Positions 38,768 through 50,108 of a DNA stretch of 64,000 nt are shown here, piece by piece. The notes beneath the pieces were generated by a model. It did not search any database and was not told where the DNA came from. It saw only the letters and a list, made by a program, of their open reading frames with translations. Within the stretch, counting starts at the first letter, position 1; each line of letters begins with the position of its first letter. The stretch lies in assembly GCA_030390025.1 (NCBI GenBank), contig CM059432.1:136526001-136590000 (forward strand), in the 5' to 3' direction. Position numbers and translations under genes: made by a program. The DNA is from Squalus acanthias. Taxonomy: Eukaryota.

Positions 38768-40880
38768 CATAGAAACATAGAACAGTACAGCACAGTACAG
38801 GCCCTTCGGCCCTCGATGTTGTGCCGAGCATTGTCCGAGACCAAGATCAAGCTATCACACTCCCTATCACTCTGGTGTGCTCCATGTGCTTATCCAATAA
38901 CCGCTTGAAAGTTCCTAAAGTGTCCGACTCCACTATCACAGCAGGCAGTCCATTCCACACCCCAACCACTCTCTGAGTAAAGAATCTACCTCGGACATCC
39001 CTTCTATATCTCCCCCCATGCACCTTATAGTTATGCCCCCTTGTAACAGCTGCCTCTACCCGAGGAAATAGTCTCTGAACATCCACTCTATCTATCCCCC
39101 TCATCATCTTATAAACCTCTATTAAGTCGCCTCTCATCCTCCTCCGCTCTAAAGAGAAAAGCCCCAACTCCCTCAATCTTTCCTCATAAGACCTCCCCCC
39201 CAAACCAGGCAGCATCCTGGTAAATCTCCTTTGCACTCTTTCCAATGCTTCCACGTCCTTCCTATAGTGAGGTGACCAGAACTGCACACAATATTCCAAA
39301 TGTGGTCTCACCAAGGTCCTGTACAGTTGCAGCATAACCTCACGGTTCTTAAACTCAAACCCTCTGTTAATAAATGCCAACACACCATAGGCCTTCTTTA
39401 CTGCTCTATCCACTTGAGTGGCAACCTTCAGAGATCTGTGGATATGAACCCCCAGATCCCTCTGCTCCTCCACGTTCCTCAGAACCCTGCCGTTGACCCT
39501 GTAATCCTTATTCAAATTTGCCCTGCCAAAATGAATCACCTCGCACTCATCAGGGTTAAATTCCATCTGCCATTTTTCGGCCCAGCTCTGCATCCTATCA
39601 ATGTCTCTTTGCAGCCTACAACAGCCCTCCACCTCATCCACTGCTCCACCAATCTTGGTGTCATCAGCAAATTTACTGATCCACCCTTCAGTCTCCTCCT
39701 CCAAGTCATTGATAAAAATCACAAACAGCAGAGGACCCAGCACCGACCCCTGTGGCACACCGCTGGTAACTGGTCTCCAGTCCGAAAATGTTCCATCCAC
39801 CACCACCCTCTGCCTTCTATGAGATAGCCAGTTACTTATCCAATCGGCCAAATTTCCCTCTATCCCACAACTCCTTACTTTCTTCATGAGCCGACCATGG
39901 GGAACCTTATCAAACGCCTTACTAAAATCCATGTATACGACATCAACTGCTCTACCTTCATCTACACACTTAGTTACCTCCTCAAAGAATTCAATCAAAT
40001 TTGTTAGGCAAGACTTACCCTTCACGAATCTGTGTTGACTATCCCTGATTAAGTTGCCCCTTTCCAAATGGTCATAAATCCTATCCCTCAGGACCTTTTC
40101 CATTATCTTACCAACCACCGAAGTAAGACTAACCGGCCTATAATTACCAGGGTCATTCCTATTTCCTTTTTGAAGAGAGGAACAACATTCGCCACTCTCC
40201 AGTCCTCTGGCACCATGCCCGTGGACAGTGAGGACCCAAAGATCAAAGCCAGAGGCTCTGCAATCTCCTCCCTTGCCTCCCAAAGAATCCTAGGATATAT
40301 CCCATCTGGCCCAGGGGACTTATCGACCCTCAGGTTCTTCAAAATAGCTAAAACATCTTCCCTCAGAACATCTACCACCTCCAGCCTATCCACCTTTATC
40401 ACACTCTCATCCTCAAGAACATGGCCCCTCTCCTCGGTGAACACTGACGAAAAGTATTCATTCATCACCTCTCCTATCTCTTCTGACTCCATGCACAAGT
40501 TCCCACTACTGTCCTTGACCGGCCCTACCCTCACCCTGGTCATTCTTTTATTTCTCACATAAGAGTAAAAGGCCTTGGGGTTTTTCTTGATCCGACCCGC
40601 CAAGGACTTCTCATGCCCCCTCCTAGCTCTCCTAAGCTCTTTTTTTAGCTCATTCCTTGCTACCTTGTACCCCTCAATCGACCCAACTGAACCTTGTTTT
40701 CTCATCCTTACATACGCTTCCTTTTTCCTCTTGACTAGACATTCAACCTCTTTTGTGAACCATGGTTCTCTCACTCGGCCATTTCCTCCCTGCCTGACAG
40801 GGACATACCTATCAAGGACATGTAGTAATTGCTCCATGAAAAAGCTCCACTTTTCGTTTGTGCCTTTCCCTGATAGTTTC
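38768..40880 (-). mobile_element. Young 5'-truncated CR1 LINE with RT domain (one frameshift)
   Basis: ORFs 40103..40837 and 38847..40283 join by a frameshift near the T run at ~40167-40171; GVPQGSVLGP and FADD motifs. Confidence 0.93.
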
Positions 40881-40907
40881 TGTTGAACTTTGAACTAGAC
40901 ATATATT

Positions 40908-41093
40908 TGGGGTCATTTTCACCTTCAGCACAGGGCCAAATCTGATGGTTTGGGGTCAGCCGCCCGTTATACACCCTGCCCAATTTTCCTTACCATTGAC
41001 TTCAGTGGCAAGGGAAATCGGGCAGGGTTTATGCGGAATGGTCGATCCGCTATCACCAATTTTCCGCCCTCGTTGAAAGTGAAAATGACCTCC
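40908..41093. mobile_element. 186-bp hairpin MITE, Harbinger-type ends
   Basis: GGTCATTTTCAC / GTGAAAATGACC TIR; ATT on both flanks; internal dyad around CCATTGACTTCAGTGG. Confidence 0.75.
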
Positions 41094-41134
41094 ATTCTCT
41101 TTACTGTGAACAGCTGTGACTGAGGTGTTAGCAG

Positions 41135-41290
41135 CGGCTTAGTAGGTGGCACTCTCACTTCTGAGTCAGAAGGTTGTGGGTTCTAGCCCCAGAGACTTGA
41201 GCATAACATCTAGGCTGACACTCCAGTGCAGTACTGAGGGAGTGCTGCACTGTTGGAGGTGCCGTCTTTCAGATGAGATATTAAACCTAG
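41135..41290 (+). mobile_element. SINE 5' half
   Basis: Head and start of core as in 4870-5292. Confidence 0.7.
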
Positions 41291-41843
41291 GTAAGACATT
41301 TTTTTTCTTTCTTCTGATTGGTCAAGTGTTGCCTTAATGATTTCCTGAAACAAAAAAACACATGTTTTTAAAAATCAGATTCTATTGTTCTCTCCTGAAT
41401 GTGCTCACTTATACTGGGTACAGCTTCATGGGCAACATTCGCCGTCTGATAGAACACCAAAGTGCCAACTTTCATCACTAGACACGTGAATATAGGCAGA
41501 CTGTTCAACCGTGGAGTGCATCATGGGTGAGCCCAGGCTGACATCTGCTCTACAGCAGGAGTCACTGGATGGCAATCAGCAGCGATCCCAGAAAGAAAGA
41601 ACTTGCATTTTTATAGCACCTTTCACACACTAAGAACGTCTCAAAGCACTTTACAACCAATTAAGTACTTTTGAAGTGTAGTCACTGTTGTGATATAGGA
41701 AACACAGCGCGGTGGCAGAAATGACGCAGGATGATCTGTTGAATGTGGAGGCTGGTTGGGTTAAAGGTGAGAACAAGGGGAACCCTATCGTGATTCTGGG
41801 AGGGAGGGGAAGGGGTGAGAGCAGAAGTGCAGAGAGCAGAGAG

Positions 41844-42354
41844 CACCTCCAGCGTGATCCCACCACCAAACATATCATTCCCCTCCGCTTTCAGCAGTCC
41901 GAAGGAACCGCTCCCTCCGCGACACCCTGGTCCACTCCTCTATCACCCCCAACACCCCTTCCCATGCAAGCGCAGGAGATGCAACACCCTTCCCACCGTC
42001 CAGGGCCCCAAACACTCCTTCCAGGTGAAACAGCGATTTACTTGTACTTCTTACAATTTAGTATACTGTATTCGCTGCTCACGATGCGGTTTCCTCTACA
42101 TTGGGGAGACCAAATGTAGATTGGGAGACCGCTTTGCGAAACACCTCCATTCAGTCCGCAAGCGTGACCCCGAGCTTCCGGTCGCCTGTCACTTTAATTC
42201 TCCCCTCCACTCCCACTCTGATCTCTCCGTCCTCGGCCTCTTACACTGTTCCAACGAAGCTCAACATAAGCTCGAGGAACAGCACCTCATCTTTCGATTA
42301 GGCACTTTACAGCCTTCTGGACTCAACATGGAGTTCAACAATTTCAGACTATAA
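41844..42354 (+). pseudogene. Penelope GIY-YIG endonuclease domain (truncated)
   Basis: FTCTSYNLVYCIRCSRCGFLYIGETKCRLGDRFAKHL...PVACHF...EQHLIFRLGTLQPSGLN, typical of the PLE GIY-YIG with Cys/His motif. Confidence 0.88.
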
Positions 42355-42620
42355 ATTGGCCCCGGTATTTCTTTATATTTTTTTTTCCTCTTGTTTCCTC
42401 ACATGGTAGCTGTTAGTGTTGCTGCCATCATCATTCACACATCATCTAGAGCCATCTTTTGTTTCTTAACTTGTCCCATTACCTCTCCTTTTGCCTCGCA
42501 CCATCATCCCTTTTGTCAGTCTATCTCTTCTGCCTTCCAGTCTATCACAGACCTTCCCTTTGTTCTTTCCTCCCCTCCTCCCGGCCCCTGCTTAAAAATC
42601 TCTCCTCCCTAACCTTTTCT

Positions 42621-42655
42621 GGTTCTGACGAAGGGTTCAACCCGAAACGTTGACT
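42621..42655 (+). ncRNA. Minimal type I hammerhead ribozyme motif (Penelope pLTR)
   Basis: GGTT-CTGACGA-A-GGG TTCAA CCC-GAAA-CGT-T-GACT: conserved core, stem II, palindromic ACGT stem III, weak stem I. Confidence 0.7.
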
Positions 42656-42825
42656 CTGTTTCTCTCTCCTCGATGCTGCCTGACCTGCTGAGTGTTTCCA
42701 GCATTTTCTGTTGTTATTGCAGATTTCCAGCATCCGCAGTATTTTGCTATTGTGTTGGGTGTGAATATTTGTTAGCCATCTGAGACAAGATAACAGATTA
42801 TTTAACATTCCTCATCGTCACTGAA

Positions 42826-43523
42826 ATGAGGTTCCGACCACATATCCGCAGCATAACAAAGACCGCCTACTTCCACCTCCGTAACATTGCCCGTCTCTGC
42901 CCTTGCCTCAGCTCATCCGCTGCTGAAACCCTCATCCATGCCTTTGTTACCTCTAGGCTTGACTATTCCAACGCACTCCTGGCTGGCCTCCCACATTCCA
43001 ACCTATGTAAACTTGAGGTCATCCAAAACTCGGCTGCCCGTGTCCTGACCCGCACCAAGTCCCGTTTGCCCATCATCCCTGTGCTCGCTGACCTACATTG
43101 GTTCCGGTTAAGCAGCGCCTCGATTTCAAAATTCTCATCCTTGTTTTCAAATCCCTCCATGGCCTCGCCCCTTCCTATCTCTCTAATCTCCTGCAGCTCC
43201 ACAACCCCCCAAGATATCTGCGCTCCTCTAATTCTGCCCTCCTGAGCATCATTGATTATAATCGCTCAACCATTGGTGGCCGTGCCTTCTGTTGCCTGGG
43301 CCCTAAGCTCTGGAATTCCCTCCCTAAACCTCTCCGCCTCTCTACCTCTCTTTCCTCCTTTAAGACGCTCATTAAAACCTACCTCTTTGACCAAGCTTTT
43401 GGTCACCTGCCCTAATTTATCCTTATATGGATCAGTGTCAAATTTGTTGTCTTAAAATACTCCTGTGCAGCACCTTGGGACATTTTACTACATTAAAGGC
43501 GTAAATACAAGTTGTTGTTGTTG
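42826..43523 (+). mobile_element. L2 LINE 3' fragment
   Basis: ETLIHAFVTSRLDYSNALL, IQNSAARVL, LKTYLF-like end; (GTT)n tail. Confidence 0.9.
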
Positions 43524-43683
43524 TCCTGGCTAATGGGCCTGGGATGAAACAATAGACCCTCATTGCAGCAGTTTGAAACAGATTGTGAACTGTAACATCC
43601 CACAAACTGGCTCGTCTAGTTTTAATACACATCTTCAATACCTGCAGCCTGTGGTCTTTCTTTTTAAACCTCTGCAAATTCAC

Positions 43684-43820
43684 GGGGGTATAATTTTGAC
43701 TTTGTACGATAGTGTAAAACAGGCGATAGCGAATCGGCTTTACATCTCTTCCATCAATGGAAATTAAAATCGGTAGGGATTTAAAACAAGATACCGATTC
43801 GCTATTGCCCATTTTACACT
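43684..43820. mobile_element. Hairpin MITE fragment truncated by RTE
   Basis: AGTGTAAAA...GCGATAGCGAATCGG / CCGATTCGCTATTGC...TTTTACACT inverted arms; left end GGGGGTATAATTTT. Confidence 0.55.
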
Positions 43821-43821
43821 A

Positions 43822-44805
43822 TTGCGCTCACTCGGAGGTCGAACTCCAAACCATCGTCAACACCTTCACCGAAGCGTATGAGAGCATGGGCCTTACACTA
43901 AACATCCGTAAGACAAAGGTCCTCTACCAACCTGCCCCTGCCACACAGTACTGCCCCCCGATTATCAAAATCCACGACAAGGCCTTGGACAACGTGACCA
44001 CTTTCCATACCTCGGGAGCCTACTGTCAACAAGGGCAGACGTCGACGACGAAGTCCAACACCGCCTTCAGTGTGCCAGTGCAGCCTTCGGTCGTCTGAGG
44101 AAGAGAGTGTTTGAAGACCAGGACCTGAAACCCGGCACTATGCTCATTGTCTACAGAGCAGCAGTGATACCCGCCCTGCTGTATGCCTCGGAGACATGGA
44201 CCATGTACAGCAGGCACCTCAAAGCACTGGAGAGGTACCACCAATGCTGCCTCCGCAAGTTCCTGCACATCCATTGGCAGGATAGGCACACCAACATCAG
44301 TGTTCTTGCTCAGGCCAACATCCCCAGCATCGAAGCTTTGACCACGCTCGATCAGCTCCGATGGACGGGTCACATTGTCCACATGCCCGATACGAGACTC
44401 CCAAAACAAGCGCTCTAATCGAAGCTCCGGCACGGCAAGAGAGCCCCAAGTGGGCAGAGGAAACGCTTCAAGGACACCCTCAAAGCCTCCTTGAAAAAGT
44501 GTAACATCCCCATCGACACCTGGGAATCCCTGGCCCAAGACCGCACAAAGTGGAGGAGAAGCATCCGGGAAGGCGCCGAATACCTCGAGTCTCTTCGCCA
44601 GGAGCAAGCGGAAGCTAAGCGCAGGCAGCGCAAGGAGCGCACGTCAACCCAAGCACCCCACCCACCTGCCCCTTCAACCACCGTCTGCCCCACCTGTGAC
44701 AGAGACTGTAGGTCCCGCATTGGACTCATCAGTCACCTGCAAACTCATTTTTAATGTGGAAGCAAGTCATCCTCGGTTCCGAGGGACTGCCTAAGAAGAA
44801 GAAGA
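43822..44805 (+). mobile_element. RTE-clade LINE 3' fragment
   Basis: GLTLNIRKTKV, LLYASETW, LRWTGHIVHM, CPTC...SHLQTH; (GAA)n tail at ~44796-44805. Confidence 0.9.
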
Positions 44806-45139
44806 GACTCAGAAAAGAATCCCCTGCTGCACCATCATAGCAGTTCCCTTATTCATTCCAACAATTTTTTGTGGCTTCCGTTAATGGGATTGTCAATTAG
44901 TATGGGCTATGAGTAGTTTTGTGTCATGAAGTAATGGATTGAAACTGCCCAAATTGGTTTCACAGTGAATGTTAACAGGTTACAGAGAGAGGAAACTATA
45001 AGCTCATCCGTCTGAGGTAAAAGGACAGCGTTGTACTCACTGTGTCATCCAGTCCCCCCCATTTTCTCATTACTAATACAAATTTATAGCATACTGTTTA
45101 ATGATATTTGCTTTAAGAATTAATATGAGTTTACTTATT

Positions 45140-45304
45140 TAGACTGATTTTAACCTAATCCATTGGGCTGGTTCGGAGTGGGCACCCGTTTCACACCCCA
45201 CCCGAATTTACGCCGCATTGACCTCAACGGAGAATAAAATGGGGCAAGTTGCAAAGGTGCGTCCGTCTCTAACCCATTGGATGGATTAGGTTAAAATCGT
45301 GGCG
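45140..45304. mobile_element. ~165-bp hairpin MITE
   Basis: GATTTTAACCTAATCCAT / ATGGATTAGGTTAAAATC inverted repeat; ATT on both flanks. Confidence 0.7.
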
Positions 45305-45501
45305 ATTTTTCTGGAAAACCTATTTTTGAACATTGCACAAACCTTCTGAAGCTACTGTGAGCCTCATGTTAGAGTGAAATGACCTACAAGGATTGAAGTC
45401 ACTAGCTTAGTCTGTTAAGCTGAGGGGAAGGAGGTCATAAAATCTTACGAAAATGAGAAGTCGCTCAACACCAGGTTATAGTCCAACAGATTTATTTAAA
45501 A

Positions 45502-45539
45502 TTACAAGCTTTCGGAGCTGTCGCCCCTTCCTCAGGTAA
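45502..45539 (-). ncRNA. Minimal type I hammerhead ribozyme motif (second Penelope family; pLTR fragment ~45450-45540)
   Basis: Minus strand TTAC-CTGAGGA-A-GGGGC GACA GCTCC-GAAA-GCT-T-GTAA: stem I TTAC/GTAA, 5-bp stem II, palindromic AGCT stem III. Confidence 0.72.
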
Positions 45540-46826
45540 AGTTCATAAAAAAATTAGAAGACAGAGAGAGAATAAGGGAAAAGAGATGGAGGATGATCAT
45601 GATTGAAGCATTTCAGTTTTTAGCTCTTCCTTTTAGTAGTTTACCGTTAATACCACATAAATAAAGCTATTTATGACATTTCAGTAGTTTTATTACTCTA
45701 ATTTTTACACTACTTTCAACATCATACAGCCATGGCACAGAAGGCGACCATTCGTCCATTTGTCCATTTGTAGCTAAGTTGGCACCACTAATCCCATTAA
45801 CCTGTCTTTTCCCCATATTCTTTTAATTTTTAAATATATTTATCCACTTCCTTCCTTTTGAAAAGCTATTATGGATTCTGTTTCTACTACTATCTGCATA
45901 ATAAAAAATCTCTTCCAACCTTTCGTGTTGTTTTTTTGGGTAATAAGAACATAAGAAATAAGAGCAGGAGCAGGCCATTCGGCCCCTCGAGCCTGCTCCG
46001 CCATTTAATGAGATCATGGCTGATCCGATTTTGGCCTCAACTCCACTTTCCTGCCCGCTCCCCATAACCCTCGACTCCCCTGTTGCTCAAAAATCTGTCT
46101 ATCTCAGCCTTGAATATATTCAATGACTCAGCTTCCACAGCTCTCTGGGGTAAAGAATTCCAAAGATTCACGACCCTCTGAGAGAAGAAATTCCTCTTCA
46201 TCTCCGTCTTAAATGGGCGACCCCTTATTCTGAGACTATGCCCCCTCGTTCTAGATTCCCTGATGAGTGGAAACATCCTCTCAGCATCTACCCTGTCCAA
46301 CCCCCTCAGAATCTTATGTGTTTCAATAAGATCACCTCTCATTCTTCTAAACTCCAATGAGTATAGACCCAACCAGCTCAACCTTTCCTCATAAGACAAC
46401 CCTTCCATCCCAGGAATCAACCTAGTGAACCTTCTCTGAACTGCCTCCAATGCAAGTATATCCCTCCTTAAATAAGGGGACCAAAACTGTACGCAGTACT
46501 CCAGGTGTGGTCTCACCAGCGTCATGTACAGTTGTAGCAAGACTTCCCTACTTTTATACTCTATCCCCCTTGAAATAAAGGCCAACATTCTATTTGCCTT
46601 CCTAATTACTTGCTGCACCTGCATGTTAACTTTTTGTGTTTCATGTACGAGGACACCCAAATCCTTCTGTACCGCCGCATTCTGTAGTCTTTCTCCATTT
46701 AAATAATATTTTTCTTTTCTATTCTTCCTACCAAATTGAATAACTTCACATTTTCCTACATTATACTCCATCTGCCAAATTCTTACCCATTCACTTAACC
46801 TATCCATATCCCTTTGCAGACTCTTT

Positions 46827-47648
46827 GGCTGCGATTTTATCGATCAATGTGGCTTGGGAGCGGGTCAGCTGGTTTCCGGGTTCCAGTCCCGCCCCCAACT
46901 ACATCCGGCCCACAGACGTGATTTTACGTCAATTGGCCTTGTTAAGCCCGCCTTGCAGGCTTGCTGGCCAATTAAGAAGATTCCAGTCAGATGACGCGTC
47001 ATCTGCCAGTTTTCTTAAAGGGACCACGCACAATTTTTCTTTGACAGCTCATTTCTCAGTGTTTGACAGCATTGAGGTGCTGCAAACACTGACAATGACT
47101 GTTCACAGGAGAGTTCTTGCACCCAGGCTCTCAGTGACTCCCTCCTTAGGCTAGAACAGATGGCAGCTGCAGGTGAGGTTACAGAAGTGATCTGTCGCTG
47201 GTGAGAGAGGTTCTCCCAATGAGGTGGGACTAGACATACAATGCAAAACTTGTTACCTACAGAAAAGTCTAAATGCATTAAAAATTAATTTTCTTACCTC
47301 TGAAACTCACCAGTGTACCATTGGATCCTTCATACCACTTTACGGCAATATTACGGCAGACTCACAACACGCCACACTTACCTGGCGTGGTGTCCGGACG
47401 TCGGGAAGCCCGAAGTAGAATTGTCAAAATTGCAAAAGAGCCTGTTAACTGCCTGTTAACAACCTTTAACAGCAGTTAAGTGGCTATAATCTTCTTCCCG
47501 CCGCTAGGTGTCGGGTCCATGCGCAAATCGGGGACCTGACACTTGGGAAGATTGATTGGAGGTGGGTTGATAGCGGGTTTCCTGCCCGGTCAATCTTTGC
47601 GATTTTGCCGGATGTCCCGCCTCCAAACCCGCCAGCAAAATTCCGGCC
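46827..47648. mobile_element. Harbinger-type non-autonomous element, distant family A relative in opposite orientation
   Basis: Ends GGCTGCGATTTTATCG and GCAAAATTCCGGCC; TTT on both sides; subterminal similarity to the reverse complement of 10788-11574. Confidence 0.8.
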
Positions 47649-47921
47649 TTTGGCCGCGATTTTATCAATGGAGGCAGGTTGGGTGCGGGTTTGAGGTTCG
47701 GCGGGTTCCGGACCTGCCTCCGCTTTCAGCCAGTCAGAAACTGCGATTTTGCCTTAAGTGGCCTATTGAATGTCTCCGTGCCGCTACCCGGCCCAATTAG
47801 TGGTTTCGGGTCTGCTGCTCACCTCTGCTGACGTCTGTCAGCCAGCTGTATTTAAGGGGCCCATGCAGCATTGTTTCAATTTCATCCTTCCCTTCTGCTT
47901 CTTGTTTTGAAATTGTACCCA

Positions 47922-49850
47922 CTGACTGCTGCAAGAGCTAAGGCCTCTCCCTGCTTTGATGATGACTCCCTCCATGCTTTTGTGGATGGAGTGAAAGGGC
48001 ACCAGGAGGTACTCTTCCCATCATCCGGACAGAGGAAGCCTCCTCAACAAAGCAAAGCAGCCTGGCTGCAAATTGCTGAGGAGGTCAGCTCCAGATCTTT
48101 GTGTGCTTGCTCCTGGGTCCAGTGCAGAAAAAGGTTTAAAGACCTGGTAAGCTCAGCTAAGGTGAGTATAACATCACACTTACCTACAATCTGCTCCCCA
48201 TCTCCTCCCATCACCAGCACTCTGCATTGTCAACCTGCACATCCCACTTTACCCTTACATCCCTTGCACCCTTAACCATCCCTCTCTCTCGATGTACAGA
48301 ATCACTTCACTATTCTACTATGCACCCCTCACACTTGCTATCACTGTTATGCAATGACAACAACTAACAACGCACAGGGAGGGCCCTTGGTATTGGCACC
48401 TCACTGCATCTTTGTCTCCCTCTAAGTATCTATGCTATGGATTCTCTACATTCACTCCAACATTCTCACTCAAACTCCACTTGTGTCCCTCATTGCAGGA
48501 AAAGGGAGCCCACAATAAGAGGGAGCATGCCAGGGCAGGAGGAGGGTCACCTTCCATTGCCCAGCTGACCGCCGCTGAGGAGGCTGCTCTGGAGATCATA
48601 GGAGGTGCTGAGGATCTGGAAGTGGAAGATGGTCAGACAGGCGCAGTAGAGCAAGCTGGTAACAGAATAGATTTGCTGCTCTCATTTAGATTGCATGCGT
48701 GATGATATGGCATCTGATGCTCATACCGATTGAGTTATGATCATCCGCACAATTTGATGTGCATGCTACGTTAATATCACATGTCTAACTCATGCCTTTA
48801 CTCCCCCACAGGACCATCGAGAGCCCCCCTCCCCACTGTCCAGGAGGAAGAGCCAGAAGACTCCTCAGAGGAAGCTGCAACCTCTGAGGGTGCAGTGTCA
48901 GCAGAATTGAGCGCACCCAGCACCAACGCAGAGACGCGCACCTCGGTGGGTCATTCGCGAGATTGATTAGTGTTGTCCCCTGGTATATCACAGCTCACAA
49001 GTGAGCATCAGCAGATGGTGGAGACAGGGACAGCAGTGGAGAGTCCTCGTCGGAGGCCGCAGGGTGCTCCCAGCTCTGCTCAGCTGAATGTCGACCCTGT
49101 GCCTCTGGGGCCATCCAGAAAGAGAGCAGTGCTGGAACTCCAGGAACAAATGCAGGTGTCTCTAGCAAGTTTTGCATCCAGGTTTACTGCGAGTGTGGAG
49201 AGGATGGAGGAGTCCATCTCTAGCATGAGCAGTGCCTTTGTGGAGGCAATGGCACATCAACGCACCACCACGGATAGGATGGCAACCTCCGTGGAAAGGA
49301 TGGCTACGGTTATGGAGGAAATAAGTCGCCACAGTCAGGAAAACATGGTGAATGTTCAGAATAGAATGACATCTCTGGAGGAGTGATAGGCAGCTATTGA
49401 GCAGAGAGACCAGAACTTCATGGACGTCCTTTTGAGGATGTCTGCCAGTGCAGATACGGGTCCTCATGGCCCCCTGATGTGCAGCAGGGTGCTGTCCAGC
49501 CACTTGCTAGCACTGAAGTGGGGCTGACCCATGAGAGGGATGTTGGTGGCAGGCAACAAGGAAGTGGGGGCTCCTCTCCAAGCGCTCACACTCCCATGCC
49601 ACTGCGAAGCCCTCGGTCAGAGCCCCACCGGAGTCCTCACCCAACAGAGACGAGCGTCTCAGCCCCTGCACAGCCACAGGAGGAGCAGACTGTTGCCGAG
49701 CCCTCCCAGGCTCGCAAACCTAGAGGACGCCTGCCAAAGGTGTCGAAGCAGGAGCAGCATGAAAGTGAGCAAGGTGCCTCCACATCTGATGAAGCCACAG
49801 GGGAAGCACCACGTAGAAGCACGCGTAAGAGAAAGATTAAGCACCTATAG
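47922..49850 (+). pseudogene. Harbinger Myb/SANT-like DNA-binding protein gene, 3 exons (~47922-48161, 48499-48658, 48812-49850), disrupted
   Basis: AWLQIAEEVSS...SWVQCRKRFKDL; AAG|GTGAGT, CATTGCAG|, CTG|GTAACA and CCCACAG| splice sites keep frame into EKGAHNKRE..GGG; stops at 48964 and 49384, later frameshift, CTG at the presumed start; AATAAA at 49920. Confidence 0.82.
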
Positions 49851-50108
49851 TCACAAAGGTAGTCACTTGGGTGTTTTGATGTAAGACATATTTAATGTAA
49901 TCATCGCCATTTCAATTGCAATAAAAAATGGGATGGCAAACATTCAAAGAGTTGGCGTATATGTGCCCAGAAATGGAAGTGTCACAGTGAGGTGCCAGGG
50001 TGCCTTTCATCTGTAATGATGGTGGTGAGAGTGATAGGAACCCACAGGTTCTTGTACATTGTGTATGGTGTGTTAAGAAGGTGCCAGCCACATGTTTGCT
50101 TCGTCAAC

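Larger units (their letters stand above)
41711..42753 (+). mobile_element. Penelope-like retroelement 3' fragment with 5' inversion
   Basis: GIY-YIG ORF, downstream pLTR with hammerhead motif; 41711-41843 is the inverted upstream continuation. Confidence 0.88.
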
